Shown one piece after another: positions 31,280 to 41,659 of a stretch of 64,000 nucleotides of DNA (position 1 is the stretch's first letter; every line of letters begins with the position of its first letter). Position numbers and translations under genes: made by a program. Origin of the DNA: Desulfobacterales bacterium (GTDB lineage: Bacteria > Desulfobacterota > Desulfobacteria > Desulfobacterales > JAAELO01); assembly GCA_024226555.1 (NCBI GenBank), contig JAAELO010000508.1, positions 43,279 through 107,278 on the forward strand, given 5' to 3'. Under the pieces are notes generated by a model that was not told the origin of the DNA, made no database searches, and saw nothing but the letters and a program-made list of their open reading frames with translations.

Positions 31280-32107
31280 ATGGATTCTCAACTGTTTCAT
31301 ATTTTCAGGAACACACCCCTGGGGAGAGAGACGCTTCTTCAATCAATTTACTTTAGTAAACAAACCAACGCCTCTTTAAATATTTATATTCCCAAGTTTA
31401 TAAAATTTCTAATGTATTTTGATAACGATGTTGTACAAGTTGACCTTGATGAATCATACCTTTCATCACCGGATACAGCATTAGATCGCGTAAAAAATCT
31501 TGTTGAATCAAACGGGCTTTCTGCAAACTTTATTGAACCTAAAAATTTTACGGCATCAACCTTACCTGACATTCCTGTTAATTTTGACTTTATGTGCAGC
31601 CCAAGAAGCATAAGCGATCTAACATCAAAAATTGGGTTAGGCCATATTGGTACGAGGGTTCGTAGAATTGTTCAATCAGCAAAATTTCCTGTTCTAATCA
31701 CAACTCCTGTCTACAGTGAGTGGAATAATATTACAGTCTTTTTTGGAGGATCTCACAACTCAATAAAAGCACTTAAGCTTGGAATAAGATTAAGCCGTCT
31801 AACGGGTAAGGAACTTTTCATCTTCACTCAACTTGATGGTAAAAAAAGAGAGCACTACCAAGAAATTCTGGAAAAAGAGGAACTCCAGAAAGAGATTAAT
31901 CTGATGGTAACCAAATGGAATTTCTATGGGTCAAAAAGCTTTGAAGAAAACCTTTATAACGTACCACATGATTCCCTTGCCATAGTTGGAGCATATGGAC
32001 ATAGCGTAATAAAAAATATTATATTTGGAAGCAAAATGGAAAAAATTCAATCAACTATTCAAAATAACTTTCTCGTTGTTGGACCAAATTATGGACAAGT
32101 TAGTTAG
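31280..32107 (+). CDS. universal stress protein family protein (tandem Usp-like)
   Basis: C-terminal ATP-binding motif G-x2-G-x9-GS visible as VGAYGHSVIKNIIFGS. Confidence 0.55.
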   Translation: MDSQLFHIFRNTPLGRETLLQSIYFSKQTNASLNIYIPKFIKFLMYFDNDVVQVDLDESYLSSPDTALDRVKNLVESNGLSANFIEPKNFTASTLPDIPVNFDFMCSPRSISDLTSKIGLGHIGTRVRRIVQSAKFPVLITTPVYSEWNNITVFFGGSHNSIKALKLGIRLSRLTGKELFIFTQLDGKKREHYQEILEKEELQKEINLMVTKWNFYGSKSFEENLYNVPHDSLAIVGAYGHSVIKNIIFGSKMEKIQSTIQNNFLVVGPNYGQVS

Positions 32108-32266
32108 AGATTTGGTTTTCTGGTATTTATAGTTTATTTTGCAAGTTAAAAGTCTTCGAATACGTTCTAAATGATATTTTAACAGATCTGCCATAATTTC
32201 TATAAAAGTGGCGGGCTTCTTACCTTAAAAAATTATGTTTAAAATTTGATAATTTTAAAGCAAAAA

Positions 32267-32309
32267 AAAACTGATATGAAATAACCCCAGGGGTTTTCAT
32301 ATCAGTTTT
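32267..32309. terminator. bidirectional terminator between the convergent usp-like and AP2 genes
   Basis: 15-bp stem aaaactgatatgaaa / tttcatatcagtttt with a GC-rich tip (cccc/gggg). An A-run precedes it and a T-run follows it. Confidence 0.75.
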
Positions 32310-32319
32310 CTAATTCGGT

Positions 32320-32949
32320 CTAAGAATTTTGATAAACAGTGTCTTCGTATATCTCTTTTTCTTTTTCCTCTCTTATGGCACAAGCTCGTCTAAAAGCTTC
32401 CTCTTCGCCATGAGCCCTGATTGACACGGATGTCCTTCTTGTAATATTTGGCCTTGGACACCATGTGACTTCATAAACATCACTGTAATTTGGCTTTCCA
32501 TCTTTTGAAAATCCACCAGTTTGTTTTTTGATACGACGTACACCAATCATATCCGTCCTGTTAAATGGATTTTGTGAAACAACGACTCTTTCTGTCCTTG
32601 GTTTTCCGATTTTTTCCTCAATTGTATTACGATAATTAATCGCTTCATCAAGGGCATTTTCAGTACCATTATACAGCTTGTCGCTGAAAAATTTGGGAAA
32701 ATGCATCTTCCCTTTATAAAAAACTCTAACATTCCAACCATGAGTCTTTTTTGCAGGAACATCCATTCTTGTAATACTTTTATACTTTTTTGTTATTCGT
32801 TTGGCAGGTTCTCCCTTCCTTCTTCGAATAACATTTCCCATTGTAACAGGATGAGCATGTTCTTGTTTTTGCTCAATAGGCTCTTTCATGTTTAATGAAA
32901 CCATTTTTTTTAATTTGGCTTCAATTTTTTTCTTTGTAGCAAATTCCAT
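32320..32949 (-). CDS. AP2/ERF-like DNA-binding domain protein (two AP2-like repeats)
   Basis: Start moved to MEFATKKK. First repeat: HGWNVRVFYKGKMHFPKFFSDKLYNGTENALDEAINYRN. Second repeat: YEVTWCPRPNITRRTSVSIRAHGEEEAFRRACAIRE. Confidence 0.6.
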   Translation of the reverse strand: MEFATKKKIEAKLKKMVSLNMKEPIEQKQEHAHPVTMGNVIRRRKGEPAKRITKKYKSITRMDVPAKKTHGWNVRVFYKGKMHFPKFFSDKLYNGTENALDEAINYRNTIEEKIGKPRTERVVVSQNPFNRTDMIGVRRIKKQTGGFSKDGKPNYSDVYEVTWCPRPNITRRTSVSIRAHGEEEAFRRACAIREEKEKEIYEDTVYQNS

Positions 32950-33250
32950 AATTATATATCTTATAGATTGTATAATATGTGCTTGAACAAAAACGTTAAC
33001 ATACGTTCGCTGGGCATCTGCCTTTCGCACAATATTAAGATTAATAAAACAAAGGCTATAACCCAACTTATTTAAAAGAGCGATACCTTACCTAAAGGTA
33101 AGGTTCTAAAGCAAAAACAGAATTTCCTTATCAAGATCCTTAATGATTCATGATCAAGGTAAATCCTCTTTCTTAATAGGTTGATGTATTTAATACAATA
33201 AAATGAAAAAATCAACTAAATTCTACTTTATTTTTTTGTTTGAAAACTAT

Positions 33251-34699
33251 TTAATGGGCCACACGTTGATTTTCAATTTTTTCTAATTCAGATGTTGGCA
33301 TAGGAATTTCCACATGTATTTTGGTTCCACGATTAACCTCAGATCTAAGTTTAAAATTCCCTCCAAGCATACCCGCCCTTTCTTTCATATTCTGTATTCC
33401 TGTTTTCTTTTCATCAACAAGGGTCTTCAATCTTTGAGTAACATTAAAACCCTTTCCAAAATCATCAATCCTTATGATGATATTTGGAAAAGCAGCGACA
33501 ATTTTTACTGATGCTATAGTTGGACCTGCATATTTTTTAATGTTGGTCAAAGCCTCCTGAACAAGTCTAAAAATATTTATAGAGGTTTCAAAATTCAGTG
33601 TCAGGTTATCAATTCCAGCGGAATGGAACTTAACAACGATATTATTTTGCTCTGTAAAATCCTCACAAAGTCTGAATATCGTTTGGCTTAAACCCAATTG
33701 CGAAAGATTTGGTGGTTGTAATTCGTAAGCTATATTTCTAACAGATGATATTGACCCTTGAAGAACTTTCGAAAAATTAGCTACTTTACTTTTAGTTTGC
33801 TTAGAGGCCTCATCCCTGTCACTCATTATTGAATCACAGGATATTTTAAGTGAAGCAAGTTCCTGGGCAACATTATCGTGGAGGTTTAGTGCAATATTCC
33901 TTCTCTCCATCTCTTGTTTTCGCAATATTTCTCTTGTTAAAACATGTACTGTTTTTTCCGCATTTTTTATATCAGTGATATTAATAGAAGCTATAATTGC
34001 ACCATCAAAAAATGGAGCCATTCTTATATTCAGATACTTATTATTATATTTAAGCTCTGGAAAATCCTTTTCAACTCCCTTATCAATACATTCTTTGAGT
34101 TCTGCATACATATCAGCTTCATGTTTTGCAGCATAATCAACGTACATAACATCTCCATTTATAGGAGTACGACCTGATTTTATCTTTGCAATATTACAAC
34201 TGGTCACTTTTAAGTTCTTATCAACTGTTACTATAGCAACTGGATTATTATTGAAAAGTGCGAAATATCTTTTCTTACTTTCCAATAGTGATTTTTCAAT
34301 CTGATTTCTAACTTCTATTGTCTGTATTAATGAAAAATTCGCATTTTCAAGATTCAAAGTTCTTTCCGATACAATTTTATCTATATTTTTTTCCAATGCC
34401 TCAAGTTTGTATTTCGCTTCCATTCCTTCCTGAATTTTAACCACCATCTTATTGTTCGTTGTATTTAGATAAAATCTAACCATTGATTTTATCAAAATCG
34501 CAGATGTGGCGAGAGAAAACATGGCAATGAAGCAAATTAATAAAAGATAGTTGTATTTACTTGAATATAAATTAATAAACAGGAAGAAAAACATACAGAT
34601 TAGAATGAAGAAGGTTAAAAACAGAAAAAGAATCCTTTTTTCTCTTCCACTTAACTGACTTGTCTTATAATATTCTGCAATAAAATTAATATATTCCAT
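33251..34699 (-). CDS. sensor histidine kinase, TM + PAS + HisKA_3 + HATPase_c (NarX/LiaS class)
   Basis: Two N-terminal TM segments. H-box IALNLHDNVAQELASL. The ATPase region contains RIDDFGKGF and RAGMLGG. Confidence 0.85.
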   Translation of the reverse strand: MEYINFIAEYYKTSQLSGREKRILFLFLTFFILICMFFFLFINLYSSKYNYLLLICFIAMFSLATSAILIKSMVRFYLNTTNNKMVVKIQEGMEAKYKLEALEKNIDKIVSERTLNLENANFSLIQTIEVRNQIEKSLLESKKRYFALFNNNPVAIVTVDKNLKVTSCNIAKIKSGRTPINGDVMYVDYAAKHEADMYAELKECIDKGVEKDFPELKYNNKYLNIRMAPFFDGAIIASINITDIKNAEKTVHVLTREILRKQEMERRNIALNLHDNVAQELASLKISCDSIMSDRDEASKQTKSKVANFSKVLQGSISSVRNIAYELQPPNLSQLGLSQTIFRLCEDFTEQNNIVVKFHSAGIDNLTLNFETSINIFRLVQEALTNIKKYAGPTIASVKIVAAFPNIIIRIDDFGKGFNVTQRLKTLVDEKKTGIQNMKERAGMLGGNFKLRSEVNRGTKIHVEIPMPTSELEKIENQRVAH

Positions 34700-35239
34700 A
34701 AATAGAAACCTATCTAAAATCGATTAATATTTTTATACAAATTAAAAATTATGGATTCGAAATGCTCTTATTTAGATATTAGAATTCAGCAATAATAAAA
34801 AGTGTTAGCAACTGACTATTCAAGGTTTTATTTCGAATGAAAACAAACTGACTATTTCAAAATTTTTTTATCATTTTTATTTTTTTTTGTAAAGTTGCTC
34901 TATACATAATAAGAAAATTTGTTGCAATTTTTTGCAAGTTTGGAAACTCAACAATATCAATTAAAAAAGTAAAAGTAGAGAACATTTTTTTTGAGGATGA
35001 TTTCTATAAACCATTGAATCAAAAGTCATAATAAGAAAAATGAAAAAAGTTTTATTTTTTTTACAGGATTTTACAAAGAGACTATAAATACAACTATTTA
35101 CAAGACTTGCTTTTTTTAAGAAAAACTATTAAAAAAAAAAAAACAGGAGATTTTTTTTAACTTATAGCATATATTAATAAATAAATATAATTTAATTTTA
35201 ATTGAACATCAAATCATAAAAAATGTAATTATATTACTA

Positions 35240-36283
35240 TTATTTAACAGGTATCTCGAAATATATATTTGTTCCGGCATGTGGAGTTGATTTGATTCTC
35301 GATTTTCCTCCCATCATCTTAACCCTCTCTTCTATGTTACGAAGGCCTGTTCTCTCTTCACTCAAATTATCAATTAATTCTTCTGTCACCTTAAAACCTA
35401 TTCCATCATCATCTATTCTAAAAATAATATTGGGCGATGCACCAACAATCCTTAATGTAACATTTGTTGCACATGAATGCGTTGTAATATTTTTAAAAGC
35501 TTCCTGAATAATTCTATATATATTGATCTCCTTTTCATAACTAAATTTTAAATTTTCAACCCCTGCAGTATGAATTTGAGTGCTTATATTTCTCTTTTCT
35601 GAAAAATCGCTACACATTATCTTAATTGTCGGTATAAGCCCTAGTTCTTTAAGGGTTGCAGGGTAAAGATCGTATGAAATCTCTCTAATATTTTTAATTA
35701 CATTATATAGCATACTGCTGACTTTTTTTATTTTGTCGTTTTTTATATCATCAGAAAAAAGATTCTCACAAAAAAGTCTGATTGAAGAAAGGTCCTGAGC
35801 CACATTTTCATGAAGTTTTCTTGCTATTTTACTTCTTTCATTCTCCTGAAGCCTTATAAATTTTTGGGTCAGGGCATGTATAAATTCCTCGGCCCTTTTT
35901 CTCTCTATCGCATATCTAAGGGATCTAACTATCATTGTTTTATTAATCTGACCTTTAAGAAGATAATCCTGTGCGCCAGCTCTTAATGCTTTCATAGCAA
36001 TTGCTTTGTCATCCATGTGTCCTGTAAGAACTATTACAGGTATGTGTGGGGTGTGAGCCTTAATTTTAGCAAAAGTTTCAATACCATCGCTATCAGGAAG
36101 AGACAGGTCCAGCAGGATTACATCAATATTATTCTGTATCAGAGATTTTAATCCATCAGATAGATTATTTGAACATTTTAAGATAAAATCAATATCAATA
36201 GCTTTTTTAAGCATTGTTTTGATTATCTCGATATCAACTGGATTATCTTCAATTAATAAAACACTTATAGAGTCATTATCCAT
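35240..36283 (-). CDS. hybrid response-regulator receiver / HisKA_3 histidine kinase
   Basis: Receiver VLLIEDNPVD..DVILLDLSLPDSDG..LLKG. H-box IARKLHENVAQDLSS. ATPase IDDDGIGF, RVKMMGG. Confidence 0.85.
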   Translation of the reverse strand: MDNDSISVLLIEDNPVDIEIIKTMLKKAIDIDFILKCSNNLSDGLKSLIQNNIDVILLDLSLPDSDGIETFAKIKAHTPHIPVIVLTGHMDDKAIAMKALRAGAQDYLLKGQINKTMIVRSLRYAIERKRAEEFIHALTQKFIRLQENERSKIARKLHENVAQDLSSIRLFCENLFSDDIKNDKIKKVSSMLYNVIKNIREISYDLYPATLKELGLIPTIKIMCSDFSEKRNISTQIHTAGVENLKFSYEKEINIYRIIQEAFKNITTHSCATNVTLRIVGASPNIIFRIDDDGIGFKVTEELIDNLSEERTGLRNIEERVKMMGGKSRIKSTPHAGTNIYFEIPVK

Positions 36284-36326
36284 AAATCAAAAATCCAAAT
36301 TTTTATATAGTCGTGAATTGAATCAT

Positions 36327-36410
36327 GAGAACTTCCAATAACTATAACTTTTATTGAAATTCAACGTTTATAAAAGCTTTTTGTTTTATAAGCGTTTATT
36401 AGAGGTTTCC
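36327..36410 (+). mobile_element. MITE-like element, short degenerate copy (84 bp)
   Basis: Ends GAGAACTTCCAATAACTATAAC ... GTTTATTAGAGGTTTCC. The interior is only the AT palindrome module (aacgtttataaaagctttttgttttataagcgtt). Flanks are TCAT / TTAT. Confidence 0.55.
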
Positions 36411-36503
36411 TTATAATATTTTTTGATACGGCTTATGATAAGATCGTAATATTGTTTAACAGTAACACATTTCGTGGAAAATAGACAGGTATTATGTATT
36501 ATT

Positions 36504-37706
36504 TCAGACAGTTCTATGTTTTTTTCTAAGTTCATAGGATTGAGCATTATTGATAAATCGGTTTATACTCAATTCATGTTTTTTTTGCATATCACTAAAA
36601 CGAAAACCAATATGTTTCTTATTTTTGCTTATTTCAGCCTCTCTAACAACCTCAATACAAGTATACAATTCTGTATTTTTGGTAATATTTTTCTTTGCTG
36701 GTTCAATCAATTTTATCACAATCTCAACATTATCACCTATTGATGTTTCTAAACTTTTCCTTCTGCGACTTCCATTTTTAGGCACTTCTAATCCAATTCC
36801 TGTTGAAGAAATATCACCCACTTCAAAATGTTTATTTGAGAAATATTTATTACCTCCATAAGATATCATACTTTCGACCCTGTACTTTGAATTCAGATTA
36901 TATCGGTATGAAGCCCTAAGGTTAACCTCTCTTTTTGGCGGCGAAAACTCCAACAAAAGTGCGTTTTTAATAATGGTATTTGGTAATTTATACTCTTTAA
37001 TTATTTTTAAAATTTTACAATTATATGCAACTCTGACAGTTGACCCTTTTTCATTCTTAGCAAGGGTTGTTAAAAGCAGATCGCTCGACTCTTCTTTTAG
37101 AGTTTCAGGAATGGTCTGAGAAGTTAATACCAAATTGGTTTTTAGATTACTCTGATAAATTTTTGCAGACCTTGAATATGGATTACTGGTATCACTATCA
37201 AAAACAAGCCCAATCGTCTTATTTGGCCCGAAATCATCAACCACAGAAACCTTTTTATTTTTAGCTGTTACTTCATCAAGCTTATTCCGGGATAAAAATT
37301 CAAGTATAGTTTTATGCTTACGCTCACTCTTTAAAATTTCTATTGCATGATCAACATTTTCAGCCAATAAAAGTGTTGTCCCATTTTTTCTGCTCAATTC
37401 TCGAAGTTCTTTATTAATTGAATTTGTTAATTTAACTCTTCCAATTGTTAAAAACATTTTGGGGGGCTTAAGGTTTAGAAACTTAATTACCTTAACCATT
37501 CTCATCTCATCAGCTTTAGTAAATCCATCACATCTTCTAAGATCTAAAATATATACGGTTCTTTTTTTTATTTTAACAAAACTTTTTAAAAGCCGACGTT
37601 CAAGAGTCTTGTAATCATAGCTATATTCAACATTTGCACCAATCTTGATACAGCAGCACTCATAATTTATATATTTTTCAAAAAGATACATAAAATATCC
37701 ACTCAA
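36504..37706 (-). CDS. PilZ domain protein with a long uncharacterised N-terminal region
   Basis: C-terminal RASYR (RxxxR) and DISSTGIG (DxSxxG) c-di-GMP binding motifs. Confidence 0.65.
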   Translation of the reverse strand: MSGYFMYLFEKYINYECCCIKIGANVEYSYDYKTLERRLLKSFVKIKKRTVYILDLRRCDGFTKADEMRMVKVIKFLNLKPPKMFLTIGRVKLTNSINKELRELSRKNGTTLLLAENVDHAIEILKSERKHKTILEFLSRNKLDEVTAKNKKVSVVDDFGPNKTIGLVFDSDTSNPYSRSAKIYQSNLKTNLVLTSQTIPETLKEESSDLLLTTLAKNEKGSTVRVAYNCKILKIIKEYKLPNTIIKNALLLEFSPPKREVNLRASYRYNLNSKYRVESMISYGGNKYFSNKHFEVGDISSTGIGLEVPKNGSRRRKSLETSIGDNVEIVIKLIEPAKKNITKNTELYTCIEVVREAEISKNKKHIGFRFSDMQKKHELSINRFINNAQSYELRKKHRTV

Positions 37707-37926
37707 CTATTTAAATTTTTAAATTTTCTTTTTTTAGTATTTTCTAACAAAATCTTTCTGTTTCCCATTTATCACTTAACATATTAATTGTAAATGAATA
37801 TTTTAACCTAATTAATAAAGATAGTTATTAAGTAAATAGCTTTTCTGTTATGGATTATTAGACATTATTCTGTATCTGTTTTTAATTGCAGTATTGTCAT
37901 ATTTTTCTTTAAAAAGGAGGTAATAT

Positions 37927-39096
37927 ATGAAGACTGAATCTTTGTTAGCTGCGCGTACATTGAATATGGGAGAGAATGCAATTCGGGAAATTTTAAAAGT
38001 TGTTTCACGGGAAGGTATGATATCTCTTGCAGGTGGTATTCCATCTCCTGAAAGTTTTCCGGTAAATATTATTAAAAAATTATCACAACTTATTCTTGAT
38101 AAATATGGAGATCAGGCACTGCAATATGGATTAACTGAAGGATTTTATCCATTAAGAGAAACTCTTGCAAAACAATTAAGAAAAACTGATATCATCGTTT
38201 CTGCTGATGATATAATAATTTCAAGTGGATCACAGGGAGCTCTGGATTCGCTTGGAAAAACCCTTATAACCAAAGGTGATAAAATAGCTGTTGAAGCTCC
38301 AACATATCTTGGGGCAATATCGGCATTTAACCCATATGAGCCCGAATATATAACTATTGAAACTGATGATCAGGGAATTATTCCTGAGAGTCTTGAGAAT
38401 ATATTGAAAAAAGGTGATGTAAAGTTTATCTACCTTGTACCTACTTTCCAGAATCCTACAGGTAGAACGCTTTCCCTCAATAGAAGAGTTGCCGTTGCAG
38501 ATCTTATAAAAAGGTATAACACACTTCTAATTGAAGACGATCCATATAGTGCCTTAAGATATAGCGGTGAAAACTTACCACAAATTAAATCAATTGCTCC
38601 ATCAAACACTATATATATAGGGACGCTTTCTAAAATACTATCACCCGGATTAAGAGTTGGCTATATCGTTGCACCTAAAGCAATAAAAGAGTGGTCTGTT
38701 CTTGTTAAGCAAGGAGTGGATCTTCACACAAGTTCATTTAGCCAGGCAATAGGTTATGAATATCTTGAAGGGGGATATTTTGATAAACATTTGCCGTATA
38801 TTCTTGACCTGTATAAACCTAAGAAAGATACAATGCTAAAAGCCCTTAAAAACAATTTTCCAGATAGTTTTACATGGTCAAAACCAGAAGGAGGTATGTT
38901 TATTTGGGTTGAAGGTCCAAAGGGCTTTAACGCAGAATCTCTTTATCATAAAGCAATTCAGGAAAATGTAGCTTTTGTTCCTGGAAAATACTTTTATACA
39001 AATAATGAAGGCTCATCAACAATGCGACTTAATTTTACAATGAGTAGTCCCATGGAGATCGAAACTGCTATTAAAAGGATTGCATCATTATTATAA
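37927..39096 (+). CDS. PLP-dependent aminotransferase, class I/II (2-aminoadipate/aromatic transaminase-like)
   Basis: YGLTEGFYPLRE, PTFQNPTG, TLSKILSPGLRVGY (PLP lysine), RLNF. Confidence 0.82.
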   Translation: MKTESLLAARTLNMGENAIREILKVVSREGMISLAGGIPSPESFPVNIIKKLSQLILDKYGDQALQYGLTEGFYPLRETLAKQLRKTDIIVSADDIIISSGSQGALDSLGKTLITKGDKIAVEAPTYLGAISAFNPYEPEYITIETDDQGIIPESLENILKKGDVKFIYLVPTFQNPTGRTLSLNRRVAVADLIKRYNTLLIEDDPYSALRYSGENLPQIKSIAPSNTIYIGTLSKILSPGLRVGYIVAPKAIKEWSVLVKQGVDLHTSSFSQAIGYEYLEGGYFDKHLPYILDLYKPKKDTMLKALKNNFPDSFTWSKPEGGMFIWVEGPKGFNAESLYHKAIQENVAFVPGKYFYTNNEGSSTMRLNFTMSSPMEIETAIKRIASLL

Positions 39097-39146
39097 AGTA
39101 GGTTTAAAAATCAACAATTTAAATCTGGAAACCCTTGATATTTTGT

Positions 39147-39304
39147 AGGAATCTCTAATAACTGTTCTTTTTGCGAAATATTTCGTTTTTACAAAAATCT
39201 GTTGTAAAATCAGATCGTTAATTTTTGTCATGCAGAAATTTTATAAAACTAAAAGCTTTTATTAATCTGTATTTCAATCAAAAGTTCAAATTATTAGAGT
39301 TCCC
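39147..39304 (+). mobile_element. MITE-like element copy (158 bp)
   Basis: AGGAATCTCTAATAACTGTTCTTTTTGCGAAA ... CAAATTATTAGAGTTCCC. Carries the ttttataaaactaaaagcttttat module. No clean duplication (TGTA / TCAA). Confidence 0.8.
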
Positions 39305-39696
39305 TCAAATATATTCCCAATTTTTACTAATCCTTTGCTGTTAAATATTTCACACTTGATTGTTTCTAATAAATTGCATTTTTCTATTTTTATATGAAAA
39401 GCACCTAATGTGTGAAATTATTCACACTCGCAATCTACGTAAAAGTCTATTTATAAAGGCTGGACGTTTTATTTCTTTTACGACCTTGCCTAAATTCCTG
39501 TCTTCGTCTTAAAAATTATTAAACATTAATTGTAAAAATAAAACACTGAACTTTAAAAATAAAAGGAGAAACCGATGATTTTAATCTACCAAAACGAATG
39601 TATGGATTTTTTTAATAAACCGAAAAAGATTCCACAGAAATTAAAACCATTTATAAAGTCCCAATAATTTAAAAATAAAAAAGTGAGAAAAAAGAT

Positions 39697-41379
39697 ATGA
39701 ATTCATCTTATAGCAAAATTGAAAATGTTGTAGAAGATTATTTCAGCGATGAAAAGATTGATAAAACGGCAAACAAAAATTTATCTTATGATATTGAAAA
39801 AAGACATGTATCTTTAAAGCATGCAAAAAATTCACTTATTCACCTTATTGAAGCAGGATTCTCAACTAAAGACAGATCAATGACATTTTTACGAGTTAAA
39901 GATTTGATCAAAGAAGGAGCTGATGTAAATCAACGATCAAAAGATGGTAATACACCACTAATTGCAGCCATTCAAATGAACTGTTTTGAAACCTCAGATC
40001 TGCTTTTAAAAAATGGTGCTGATATTGGATGTACAAATGTATCTGGTGAAAACGCAATTGATATCGCTAAAAGAAATAAGAACAAAAAGATACTTACTCT
40101 TTTATTAAACAAAAGATCAAAAACCAAAGTAACTTTAAAAGAATCGTTAGAGTCTACTGATGTTAATTTTTTCAAAGCGCTTCTCAAAGATGCTACAACA
40201 AGACAAAGGGGTGCAGCGCTTCTTGAAACAGCTATACTGCATGATACAGAAAAAGCTTTTTTAATTCTGGAATACAAAATTAGTCAACTAACCCTAAATA
40301 AGGCATTTTTTATTTTTTTAACACAGATTAAAGATGAACAGATTCTTATAAGGGTTTTGAAGAGATTAATTGATAAAGGCGCAGAAGTTAAATCAAGGGA
40401 TGAAAATGGTAATACATTACTTCTTGCATCCCAATTAAAATATAAACTAATCTGTTTTCTTATAGATGCTGGTGTTAATCCAAATTTCAGAAATCAGAAA
40501 GGTGAGACACTTATTTTAAGAGCGGTACGATTAAATGCTTTTGATATAATAAAGTTGCTTGTTGAAAAAGGAGTGGACCTCAACCACTTGAATAACGATA
40601 AGGAATCAGCTCTATATTTAGCTATAAGAAACAGTAATCTTGATATTATACGATACCTGATCAAAAACAGTGCTGATCTAAATCAGGAAACCAGAGGCGA
40701 TTTAACACCTCTCTATCTTTTAAACAGATATAATATGCTGAAATTTGTCATGGATGCGAAATTGCCCCCTCGTAAAGGTGAGAATAAAAAGTCCCTTAAT
40801 TACAATTTTGAGATCATTGATCCTAAGGAGAATATTGATCATTTTTTCCCTTGTACAAATAACATAATTGATCACTGGGATGAAACGGATGTAACCGGAG
40901 AACTCAACATTAGCATTGAAGGAGAGATAAAACCTCTTACTATTCATTATAAACAGTACAAATATGGAAATCATTATTATAGCACATGGGATAAGAAACA
41001 CTATATAGCAACGTTAAGGTACGATGGAATTAAAATTGTTACTAAGGAGTATTTCACCTATTCCAAATATTATGAGAAAACATCTGATAAAATAAATACC
41101 ATAACTATGGATGCTCTTTCTGATTCAGGTATCTGTTTCTCTGAAATTGTTGAGAGAGTATTAAATGGAGAGGATTTAGTTCTTGTTAAAGAAAAATCAC
41201 ATTTAACAATTGGGGATTCAATCTATAATGAGACACCTTTCCACAGTCTTAGCTTTACAGAACATAAAAAGGTTCAAAAGGGTAATCATTATGTAAAAGT
41301 GAAAGAAGATTTCAGAATTTTTCTTGATTTAAATACACATAATGCCTGCATACAAAGAGATACTTCAGCTTATTTATAA
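39697..41379 (+). CDS. ankyrin-repeat protein with an uncharacterised C-terminal ~200 aa
   Basis: Repeats such as DGNTPLIAAIQMNCFETSDLLLKNGADI, NGNTLLLAS..LIDAGVNPN and KESALYLAIRNSNLDIIRYLIKNSADLN. Confidence 0.85.
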   Translation: MNSSYSKIENVVEDYFSDEKIDKTANKNLSYDIEKRHVSLKHAKNSLIHLIEAGFSTKDRSMTFLRVKDLIKEGADVNQRSKDGNTPLIAAIQMNCFETSDLLLKNGADIGCTNVSGENAIDIAKRNKNKKILTLLLNKRSKTKVTLKESLESTDVNFFKALLKDATTRQRGAALLETAILHDTEKAFLILEYKISQLTLNKAFFIFLTQIKDEQILIRVLKRLIDKGAEVKSRDENGNTLLLASQLKYKLICFLIDAGVNPNFRNQKGETLILRAVRLNAFDIIKLLVEKGVDLNHLNNDKESALYLAIRNSNLDIIRYLIKNSADLNQETRGDLTPLYLLNRYNMLKFVMDAKLPPRKGENKKSLNYNFEIIDPKENIDHFFPCTNNIIDHWDETDVTGELNISIEGEIKPLTIHYKQYKYGNHYYSTWDKKHYIATLRYDGIKIVTKEYFTYSKYYEKTSDKINTITMDALSDSGICFSEIVERVLNGEDLVLVKEKSHLTIGDSIYNETPFHSLSFTEHKKVQKGNHYVKVKEDFRIFLDLNTHNACIQRDTSAYL

Positions 41380-41393
41380 AGTCATTTTTTTAA

Positions 41394-41521
41394 GTGAATC
41401 TCTAATAACTGATCTTTTTGCGAAACACAGATATAACAAAAATAAAACTGTTGTAAAATCAACCCGTTGTTTTTTGTTATGCCTTGTTTTTCATCAAAAA
41501 TTCTAATTATTAGAGATTCCC
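41394..41521 (+). mobile_element. MITE-like element copy (128 bp, minimal form)
   Basis: GTGAATCTCTAATAACTGATCTTTTTGCGAAA ... CTAATTATTAGAGATTCCC. Flanked by TTAA (41390-41393) and TTAA (41522-41525). Confidence 0.85.
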
Positions 41522-41659
41522 TTAAATTAAAAAACTTTCTTCTTTATGGCAACTCTTATATAAGAACATATTTGAAAATTAGAATTAATATTGTTGCAAA
41601 GCATCTTAAATTAAAGAGGTCTTGTATATAATACAAACAGATAATTACAGGAACCAATA

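Noticed and set aside
32950-33066. N-terminal 39 codons of track ORF 32320..33066
   Set aside because: The segment (MGYSLCFINLNIVRKADAQ...) looks non-coding. The internal MEFATKKK start gives a sensible protein.
39575-39667. 30-aa ORF (MILIYQNECMDFFNKPKKIPQKLKPFIKSQ) with an AAGGAG RBS upstream of the ankyrin gene
   Set aside because: Possibly a leader peptide. However, short ORFs with A-rich pseudo-RBS arise easily in AT-rich DNA, and no conservation evidence is available.
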